A DNA stretch of 64,000 nt from Eledone cirrhosa (taxonomy: Eukaryota): the NCBI GenBank assembly GCA_964016885.1, contig OZ024740.1, positions 319,052,001-319,116,000 of the forward strand. Direction: 5' to 3'. The translations under genes were made by a program, and so were the position numbers. The stretch's first letter is position 1. Every line of letters begins with the position of its first letter. The notes beneath the pieces are model-generated. The model was not told the DNA's origin. It saw only the letters and a list, made by a program, of their open reading frames with translations, and made no database searches. Below, piece after piece: positions 1 to 11,529 of the stretch.

Positions 1-2798
1 TTTCCACAACTTACATTCTATCTGACATTCTAACGACTCTACCAATTCGATGTGTTTCTACTACAATAATCACAACAAATAATCCAGAATTGTCTCGTCT
101 ATCTCCAGACATTACATTCTATCTGACATTCTAACGACTCTACCAATTCGAAGTCTTTCTACTACAATACTAACGTCAAATAATTCAGGATTGTCTCGTC
201 TATTTCCACAACTTACATTCTATCTCACATTCTAACGTGTCTACCAATTCGCTGAATTTCTACTACAATACTCTCAACAAATAAACCAGGATTGTCTCGT
301 CTATTTCCACAACTTACATTATATCTCACATTCTAACGTGTCTACCAATTCGCTGAATTTCTACTACAATACTCTCAACAAATAAACCAGGATTGTCTCG
401 TCTATTTCCACAACTTACATTCTATCTGACATACTAACGACTCTACCAATTCGAAGTCTTTCTACTACAATACTAACTTTAAACAATCCAGGATTGTCTC
501 CTCTATTTCAACAACTTACATTCTATGTAACATTGAAACGACTCTACCAATTCGATGTCTTTGTACTACAATACTCACAAAAAATAATCCAGGATTGTAT
601 CGTTTATTTCCACAACTTACATTCTATCTGACATTCTAACGACTCTACCAATTCGCTGTATTTCTACTACAATACTAACTTCAATTAGTCCAGGATTGTC
701 TCATCTATTTCCACAACTTACATTCTATCTGATATTCGAACGACTCTACCAATTCGAAGTCTTTCTACTACAATACTAACAACAAATAATGCAGGATTGT
801 CTCGTCTATTTCTACAACTTACATTCTATGTGACATTCAAACGACTCTATCAATTCGAAGTCTTTCTACAACAATACTAACGTCAAATAATCCAGGATTG
901 TCTCGTCCATTTCCACAACTTACATTCTATCTGACAGTCTAACGACTCTACGAATTCGAAGTCTTTCTACTACAATACTCACAACAAATAATCAAGGATT
1001 GTATCGTCTACTTCCACAACTTACATTGTATCTGATATTCTAACGACTCTACCAATTCGAAGTCTTTCTACTACAATACTCACAACGAATAATCCAGGAT
1101 TGTCTCGTCTATTTCCACAACTTACATTCTATCTCACATTCTAACGAGTCTACCAATTCGCTGTATTTCTATTACAATACTCACAACAAATAAACCAGGA
1201 TTGTCTCGTCTATTTCCACAACTTACATTCTATCTGACATACTAACGACTCTACCAATTCGAAGTCTTTCTACTACAATACTAACTTTAAACAATCCAGG
1301 ATTGTCTCCTCTATTTCCACAACTTACATTCTATCTGACATTCTAAGGACTCTATCAATTCGAAGTCTTTCTACTACAATACTAACGTCAAATAATCCAG
1401 GATCGTCTCGTCTATTTCCACAACTTACATTCTATCTGACATTCTAGCGACTCTACCAATTCGAAGTCTTTCTACTACAATACTAACAACAAATAATCTA
1501 GGATTGTCTCATCTATCTCCACAACTTACATTTTCTCTGACGTTCTAACGACTCTACCAATTCGAAGTTTTTCTACTACAATACTAACTTTAAACAATCC
1601 AGGATTGTCTCCTCTATTTCCACAACTTACATTCTATCTGACATTCTAACGACTCTACCCATTCGCTGTATTTCTACTACAATACTAACTTCAAATAATC
1701 CAGGATTGTCTCCTCTATTTCCACAACTTACATTCTATCTCACATTCTAACGAGTCTACCAATTCGCTGTATTTCTTCTACAATACTCACAACAAATAAA
1801 CCAGGATTGTCTCGTCTATTTCCACAACTTACATTCTATCTGACATACTAACGACTCTACCAATTCGAAGTCTTTCTACTACAATACTAACTTTAAACAA
1901 TCCAGGATTGTCTCCTCTATTTCCACAACTTACGTTCTATCTGACATTCTAACGACTCTACCAATTCGCTGTATTTCTACTACAATACTGACTTCAAATA
2001 ATCCAGGATTGTATCGGCTATTTCCACAACTTACATTCTATCTGACATTCTAACGACTCTACCAATTCGCTGTCTTTCTACTACAATACAAACAACAAAT
2101 AATCTAGGATTGTCTCGTCTATTTCCACAACTTACATTCTATCTGACATTCTAACGACTCTACCAATTCGATGTGTTTCTACTACAATAATCACAACAAA
2201 TAATCCAGAATTGTCTCGTCTATCTCCAGACATTACATTCTATCTGACATTCTAACGACTCTACCAATTCGAAGTCTTTCTACTACAATACTAACGTCAA
2301 ATAATCCAGGATTGTCTCGTCTATTTCCACAACTTACATTCTATCTCACATTCTAACGTGTCTACCAATTCGCTGAATTTCTACTACAATACTCTCAACA
2401 AATAAACCAGGATTGTCTCGTCTATTTCCACAACTTACATTATATCTCACATTCTAACGTGTCTACCAATTCGCTGAATTTCTACTACAATACTCTCAAC
2501 AAATAAACCAGGATTGTCTCGTCTATTTCCACAACTTACATTCTATCTGACATACTAACGACTCTAACAATTCGAAGTCTTTCTACTACAATATTAACTT
2601 TAAACAATCCAGGATTGTCTCCTCTATTTCAACAACTTACATTCTATGTAACATTGAAACGACTCTACCAATTCGATGTCTTTGTACTACAATACTCACA
2701 AAAAATAATCCAGGATTGTATCGTCTATTTCCACAACTTACATTCTATCTGACATTCTAACGACTCTACCAATTCGCTGTATTTCTACTACAATACTC
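1..2798. repeat. Multi-monomer block duplication: 1-677 recurs at 2122-2798 (offset 2121 = 21 monomers)
   Basis: Private variants CTACAATAAT (61/2182), CCAGACATTAC, the GCTGAATTTC/CTCTCAAC monomer doublet and TTCAACAAC...ATGTAACATTGAAAC occur in the same order in both copies. Confidence 0.9.
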
Positions 2799-3260
2799 AC
2801 GACAAATAATTCAGCATTCTCTCGTCTATTTCCACAACTTACATTCTATCTGACATTCTAACGACTCTACCAATTCGCTGTCTTTCTACTACAATACTCA
2901 CGACAAATAATTCAGCATTCTCTCGTCTATTTCCACAACTTACATTCTATCTGACATTCTAACGACTCTACCAATTCGCTGTATTTCTACTACAATACTC
3001 ACAACAAATAATCCAGGATTGTCTCGTCTATTTTCACAACTTACATTCATCTGACATTCTAACGACTCTACCAATTCGAAGTCTTTCTACTACAATACTC
3101 ACAACAAATAATCCAGGAATGTCTCGTCTATTTCCACAACTTACATTCTATCTGATATTCTAACGACTCTACCAATTCGCTGTCTTTCTACTACAATACT
3201 CACAACAAATAATCCAGGAATGTCTCGTCTATTTCCACAACTTACATTCTATCTGATATT

Positions 3261-6200
3261 CTAACGACTCTACCAATTCGAAGTCTTTCTACTACAATAC
3301 TAACAACAAATAATGCAGGATTGTCTCTTCTATTTCTACAACTTACATTCTATCTAACATTCTAAGAACTCCACCAATTCGCTGTCTTTCTACTACAATA
3401 CTCACGACAAATAATTCAGCATTGTCTCGTCTATTTCCACAACTTACATTCTATCTGACATTCTAACGACTCTACTAATTCGCTGTATTTCTACTACAGT
3501 ACTCACAACAAATAATCCAGCATTGTCTCGTCTATTTCCACAACTCACATTCTATCTGACATTCTAACGACTCTACCAATTCGAAGTCTTTCTACTACAA
3601 TACTCACAACAAATAATCCAGGAATATCTCGTCTATTTGCACAACTTACATTCTATCTAACGTTCTAACGACTCTACCAATTCGAAGCCTTTTCACTACA
3701 TTACTCGCAACAAATAATTCAGGATTGCCCCGTCTATTTCCACAACTTACATTCTATCTGACATTCTAACGACTCTACCAATTCCCTGTCTTTCTACTAC
3801 AATGCTCACAACAAATAATCCACGACTGTCTCGTCTATTTCCACAACTTACATTCTATCTGACATTCTAACGACTCTACCAATTCGAAATCTTTCTACTA
3901 CAATACTCACAACAAACAATCCAGGATTGTCTCGTCTATTTCTACAACTTACATTATATGTGACATTCAAACGACTCTATCAATTCGAAGTCTTTCTACA
4001 ACAATACTAACGTCAAATAATCCAAGATTGTCTCGTCCATTTCCACAACTTACGTTCTATCTGACAGTCTAACGACTCTACGAATTCGAAGTCTTTCTAC
4101 TACAATACTCACAACAAATAATCAAGGATTGTATCGTCTACTTCCACAACTTACATTGTATCTGATATTCTAACGACTCTACCAATTCGAAGTCATTCTA
4201 CTACAATACTCACAACGAATAATCCAGGATTGTCTCGTCTATTTCCACAACTTACATTCTATCTTACATTCTAACGAGTCTACCAATTCGCTGTATTTCT
4301 ACTACAATACTCACAACAAATAAACCAGGATTGTCTCGTCTATTTCCACAACTTACATTCTATCTGACATACTAACGACTCTACCAATTCGAAGTCTTTC
4401 TACTACAATACTAACTTTAAACAATCCAGGATTGTCTCCTCTATTTCCACAACTTACATTCTATCTGACATTCTAACGACTCTACCAATTCGCTGTATTT
4501 CTACTACAATACTAACTTCAAATAATCCAGGATTGTATCGGCTATTTCCACAACTTACATTCTATCTCACATTCTAACGACTCTACCAATTCGCTGTCTT
4601 TCTACTACAATACTAACAACAAATAATCTATGATTGTCTCGTCTATTTCCACAACTTACATTCTATGTGATATTCGAACGACTCTACCAATTCGAAGTCT
4701 TTCTACTGCAATACTAACAACAAATAATCTAGGACTGTCTCGTCTATTTCCACAACTTACATTCTATCTGACATTCTAACGACTCTAACAATTCGAAGTC
4801 TTTCTACTACGATACTCACAACAAATAATCCAGGATTGTCTCATCTATTTCCACAACTTACATTCTATCTGACATTCTAACGACTCTACCAATTCGATGT
4901 GTTTCTACTACAATACTCACAACAAATAATCCAGGATTGTCTCGTCTATCTCCAGACCTTACTTTCTATCTGACATTCTAATGACTCTACCAGTTCGCTG
5001 TATTTCTACTACAATACTAACTTCAAATAATCCAGGATTGTCTCGTCTATTTCCACAACTTACATTCTATCAGACATTCAAACGACCCTACCAATTCGAA
5101 GTCTTTCTCCTACAATACTAACGTCAAATAATCCAGGATTGTCTCCTCTATTTCCACAACTTACATTCTATCTGACATTCTAACGACTCTAACAATTCGA
5201 AGTCTTTCTGCTACAATACTCACAACAAATAATCCAGGATTGTCTCGTCTATTTCCACAACTTACATTCTATCTGATATTCTAACGACTCTACCAATTCG
5301 AAGTCTTTCTACTACAATACTCACAACAAATAATCCAGGATTGTCTCGTCTATTTCCACAACTTACATTCTATCTCACATTGTAACGTGTCTACAAATTC
5401 GCTTCTATTTCTACTACAATACTCTCAACAAATAAACCAGGATTGTCTCGTCTATTTCCACAACTTACATTCTATCTGACATACTAACGACTCTACCAAT
5501 TCGAAGTCTTTCTACTACAATACTAACAACAAATAATGCAGGATTGTCTCTTCTATTTCTACAACTTACATTCTATCTAACATTCTAAGAACTCCACCAA
5601 TTCGCTGTCTTTCTACTACAATACTCACGACAAATAATTCAGCATTGTCTCGTCTATTTCCACAACTTACATTCTATCTGACATTCTAACGACTCTACTA
5701 ATTCGCTGTATTTCTACTACAGTACTCACAACAAATAATCCAGCATTGTCTCGTCTATTTCCACAACTCACATTCTATCTGACATTCTAACGACTCTACC
5801 AATTCGAAGTCTTTCTACTACAATACTCACAACAAATAATCCAGGAATATCTCGTCTATTTGCACAACTTACATTCTATCTAACGTTCTAACGACTCTAC
5901 CAATTCGAAGCCTTTTCACTACATTACTCGCAACAAATAATTCAGGATTGCCCCGTCTATTTCCACAACTTACATTCTATCTGACATTCTAACGACTCTA
6001 CCAATTCCCTGTCTTTCTACTACAATGCTCACAACAAATAATCCACGACTGTCTCGTCTATTTCCACAACTTACATTCTATCTGACATTCTAACGACTCT
6101 ACCAATTCGAAATCTTTCTACTACAATACTCACAACAAACAATCCAGGATTGTCTCGTCTATTTCTACAACTTACATTATATGTGACATTCAAACGACTC

Positions 6201-7750
6201 TATCAATTCGAAGTCTTTCTACAACAATACTAACGTCAAATAATCCAAGATTGTCTCGTCCATTTCCACAACTTACGTTCTATCTGACAGTCTAACGACT
6301 CTACGAATTCGAAGTCTTTCTACTACAATACTCACAACAAATAATCAAGGATTGTATCGTCTACTTCCACAACTTACATTGTATCTGATATTCTAACGAC
6401 TCTACCAATTCGAAGTCATTCTACTACAATACTCACAACGAATAATCCAGGATTGTCTCGTCTATTTCCACAACTTACATTCTATCTTACATTCTAACGA
6501 GTCTACCAATTCGCTGTATTTCTACTACAATACTCACAACAAATAAACCAGGATTGTCTCGTCTATTTCCACAACTTACATTCTATCTGACATACTAACG
6601 ACTCTACCAATTCGAAGTCTTTCTACTACAATACTAACTTTAAACAATCCAGGATTGTCTCCTCTATTTCCACAACTTACATTCTATCTGACATTCTAAC
6701 GACTCTACCAATTCGCTGTATTTCTACTACAATACTAACTTCAAATAATCCAGGATTGTATCGGCTATTTCCACAACTTACATTCTATCTCACATTCTAA
6801 CGACTCTACCAATTCGCTGTCTTTCTACTACAATACTAACAACAAATAATCTATGATTGTCTCGTCTATTTCCACAACTTACATTCTATGTGATATTCGA
6901 ACGACTCTACCAATTCGAAGTCTTTCTACTGCAATACTAACAACAAATAATCTAGGACTGTCTCGTCTATTTCCACAACTTACATTCTATCTGACATTCT
7001 AACGACTCTAACAATTCGAAGTCTTTCTACTACGATACTCACAACAAATAATCCAGGATTGTCTCATCTATTTCCACAACTTACATTCTATCTGACATTC
7101 TAACGACTCTACCAATTCGATGTGTTTCTACTACAATACTCACAACAAATAATCCAGGATTGTCTCGTCTATCTCCAGACCTTACTTTCTATCTGACATT
7201 CTAATGACTCTACCAGTTCGCTGTATTTCTACTACAATACTAACTTCAAATAATCCAGGATTGTCTCGTCTATTTCCACAACTTACATTCTATCAGACAT
7301 TCAAACGACCCTACCAATTCGAAGTCTTTCTCCTACAATACTAACGTCAAATAATCCAGGATTGTCTCCTCTATTTCCACAACTTACATTCTATCTGACA
7401 TTCTAACGACTCTAACAATTCGAAGTCTTTCTGCTACAATACTCACAACAAATAATCCAGGATTGTCTCGTCTATTTCCACAACTTACATTCTATCTGAT
7501 ATTCTAACGACTCTACCAATTCGAAGTCTTTCTACTACAATACTCACAACAAATAATCCAGGATTGTCTCGTCTATTTCCACAACTTACATTCTATCTCA
7601 CATTGTAACGTGTCTACAAATTCGCTTCTATTTCTACTACAATACTCTCAACAAATAAACCAGGATTGTCTCGTCTATTTCCACAACTTACATTCTATCT
7701 GACATACTAACGACTCTACCAATTCGAAGTCTTTCTACTACAATACTAAC
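3261..7750. repeat. Near-perfect tandem duplication of a 22-monomer unit (period 2223 bp = 22x101+1)
   Basis: TAATGCAGG at 3311/5534; 1-bp insertion GCTTCTATTT at 5401/7624; rare variants AAGAACTCC, GCCTTTTCAC, TTGCCCCG, ATCCAAGA, GTCATTC and ATCAGAC all repeat at +2223. Confidence 0.95.
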
Positions 7751-10700
7751 TTTAAACAATCCAGGATTGTCTCCTCTATTTCCACAACTTACATTCTATC
7801 TAACATTGAAACGACTCTACCATTTCGATGTCTTTGTACTACAATACTCACAAAAAATAATCCAGGATTGTATCGTCTATTTCCACAACTTACATTCTAT
7901 CTGACATTCTAACGACTCTACCAATTTGCTGTATTTCTACTACAATACTAACTTCAATTAGTCCAGGATTGTCTCATCTATTTCCACAACTTACATTCTA
8001 TCTGATATTTGAACGACTCTACCAATTCGAAGTCTTTCTACTACAATACTAACAACAAATAATGCAGGATTGTCTCGTCTATTTCCACAACTTACGTTCT
8101 ATCTGACATTCTAACGACTCTACGAATTCGCTGTCTTTCTACTACAATGCTCACAACAAATAATCCACGACTGTCTCGTCTATTTCCACAATTTACATTC
8201 TATCTGACATTCTAACGACTCTACCAATTCGCTGTCTTTCTACTACAATACTCACAACAAACAATCCAGGATTGTCTCGTCTATTTCTACAACTTACATT
8301 CTATGTGACATTCAAACGACTCTATCAATTCGAAGTCATTCTACAACAATACTAACGTCAAATAATCCAGGATTGTCTCGTCTATTTCCACAACTTACGT
8401 TCTATCTGACATTCTAACGACTCTACCAATTCGAAGTCTATCTACTACAGTACTCACAACAAATAATCCAGGATTGTCTCGTCTATTTCCACACCTTACA
8501 TTCTATCTGACATTCTAACGACTCTACCCATTCGCTGTATTTCTACTACAATACTAACTTCAAATAATCCATATTGTCTCGTCTACTTCCACAACTTACA
8601 TTCTATCTGACATTCAAACGACTCTATCAATTCGAAGTCTTTCTACTACAATACTAACGTCAAATAATCCAGGATTGTCTCGTCTATTTCCACAACTTAC
8701 TTTCTATCTGACATTCTAACGACTCTACCAATTCGAATTCCTTCTACTACAATACTCACAACAAATATTCCAGGATCGTCTCGTCTATTTCCACAACTTA
8801 CATTCTATCTGACATTCTAACGACTCTACCAATTCGAAGTCTTTCTACTACAATACTAACTTTAAATAATCCAGGATTGTCTCCTCTATTTCCACAACTT
8901 ACATATTATCTGAAATTCTAACGACTCTACCAATTCGCTGTATTTCTACTACAATACTCACAACAAATAATCCAGGATTGTATAGTCTATTTCTACAACT
9001 TACGTTTTATCTGACATTCTAACGACTCTACCAATTCGAAGTCTTTCTACTACAATACTAACAACAAATAATGCAGGATTGTCTCTTCTTCTATTTCTAC
9101 AACTTACATTCTATCTAACATTCTAAGAACTCCACCAATTCGCTGTCTTTCTACTACAATACACACGACAAATAATTCAGCATTGTCTCGTCTATTTCCA
9201 CAACTTACATTCTATCTGACATTCTAACGACTCTACCAATTCGCTGTATTTCTACTACAGTACTCACAACAAATAATCCAGCATTGTCTCGTCTATTTCC
9301 ACAACTCACATTCTATCTGACATTCTAACGACTCTACCAATTCGAAGTCTTTCTACTACAATACTCACAACAAATAATCCAGGAATATCTCGTCTATTTG
9401 CACAACTTACATTCTATCTAACGTTCTAACGACGCTACCAATTCGAAGCCTTTTCACTACATTACTCACAACAAATAATTCAGGATTGCCCCGTCTATTT
9501 CCACAACTTACATTCTATCTGACATTCTAACGACTCTACCAATTCCCTGTCTTTCTACTACAATGCTCACAACAAATAATCCAGGATTGTCTCGTCTATT
9601 TCCACAACTTACATTCTATCTGACATTCTAACGACTCTACGAATTCGCTGTCTTTCTACTACAATGCTCACAACAAATAATCCACGACTGTCTCGTCTAT
9701 TTCCACAACTTACATTCTATCTGACATTCTAACGACACTACCAATTCGAAATCTTTCTACTACAATACTCACAACAAACAATCCAGGATTGTCTCGTCTA
9801 TTTCTACAACTTACATTATATGTGACATTCAAACGACTCTATCAATTCGAAGTCTTTCTACAACAATACTAACGTCAAATAATCCAGGATTGTCTCGTCC
9901 ATTTCCACAACTTACATTCTATCTGACAGTCTAACGACTCTACGAATTCGAAGTCTTTCTACTACAATACTCACAACAAATAATCAAGGATTGTATCGTC
10001 TATTTCCACAACTTACATTCTATCTGACATTCTAACGACTCCACCAATTCGAAATCTATCTACTACAGTACTCACAACAAATAATCCAGGATTGTATCGT
10101 CTATTTCCACACCTTATATTCTATCTGACATTCTAACGACTCTCCCCATTCGCTGTATTTCTACTACAATACTAACTTCAAATAATCCAGGATTGTTTCG
10201 TCTACTTCCACAACTTACATTGTATCTGATATTCTAACGACTCTACCAATTCGAAGTCTTTCTACTACAATACTCACAACGAATAATCCAGGATTGTCTC
10301 GTCTATTTCCACAACTTACATTCTATCTCACATTCTAACGAGTCTACCAATTCGCTGTATTTCTACTACAATACTCACAACAAATAAACCAGGATTGTCT
10401 CGTCTATTTCCACAACTTACATTCTATCTGACATACTAACGACTCTACCAATTCGAAGTCTTTCTACTACAATACGAACTTTAAACAATCCAGGATTGTC
10501 TCCTCTATTTCCACAACTTACATTCTATCTGACATTCTAACGACTCTACCAATTCGCTGTATTTCTACTACAATACTAACTTCAAATAATCCAGGATTGT
10601 ATCGGCTATTTCCACAACTTACATTCTATCTGACATTCTAACGACTCTACCAATTCGCTGTCTTTCTACTACAATACTAACAACAAATAATCTATGATTG

Positions 10701-11529
10701 TCTCGTCTATTTCCACAACTTACATTCTATGTGATATTCGAACGACTCTACCAATTCGAAGTCTTTCTACTGCAATACTAACAACAAATAATCTAGGATT
10801 GTCTCGTCTATTTCCACAACTTACGTTCTATCTGACATTCTAACGACTCTAACAATTCGAAGTCTTTCTACTACAATACTCACAACAAATAATCCAGGAT
10901 TGTCTCGTCTATCTCCAGACCTTACATTCTATCTGACATTCTAACGACTCTACCAATTCGAAGTCTTTCTACTACAATACTCACAACAAATAATCCAGGA
11001 TTGTCTCGTCTATTTCCACAACTTACATTCTATCTCACATTCTAACGTGTCTACAAATTCGCTGTATTTCTACTACAATACTCTCAACAAATAAACCAGG
11101 ATTGTCTCGTCTATTTCCACAACTTACATTCTATCTGACATACTAACGACTCTACCAATTCGAAGTCTTTCTACTACAATACTAACTTTAAACAATCCAG
11201 GATTGTCTCCTCTATTTCCACAACTTACATTCTATCTGACATTGAAACGACTCTACCAATTCGATGTCTTTGTACTACAATACTCACAAAAAAATAATCC
11301 AGGATTGTATCGTCTATTTCCACAACTTACATTCTATCTGACATTCTAACGACTCTACCAATTCGCTGTATTTCTACTACAATACTAACTTCAATTAGTC
11401 CAGGATTGACTCATCTATTTCCACAACTTACGTTCTATCTGATATTCGAACGACTCTACCAATTAGAAGTCTTTCTACTACAATACTAACAACAAATAAT
11501 CCATGATTGTCTCGTCTATTTCCACAACT

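Noticed and set aside
182-192. Dcm (CCWGG) sites or a terminator hairpin suggesting a prokaryotic element
   Set aside because: 5-bp arms with a 1-nt loop and no U-tract; nothing else in the window is prokaryote-like.
200-216. Minus-strand 17-nt micro-intron GTAAGTTGTGGAAATAG whose removal leaves an 84-nt open exon per monomer (RDNPGLFVVSIVVERLRIGRVVRMSDRI)
   Set aside because: The arithmetic is neat, but common variants create in-frame stops (TTCAAAC and TCTCAC give TGA), destroy the GT or AG (ACTTTCAT, GTCCAT) or shift the frame (CCATATTG, A7), and these spread freely.
1-303. Continuous ORF by alternative genetic code or Euplotes-type AAA-TAA frameshifting
   Set aside because: Both TGA (23) and TAA (31, 80) are met as the frame rotates, so no single common recoding opens it. 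It would need two frameshifts per monomer, and indels are tolerated.
652-668. CENP-B box-like TTCGCTGTA
   Set aside because: Matches only TTCG-NNNN-A; the essential CGGG half is absent on both strands.
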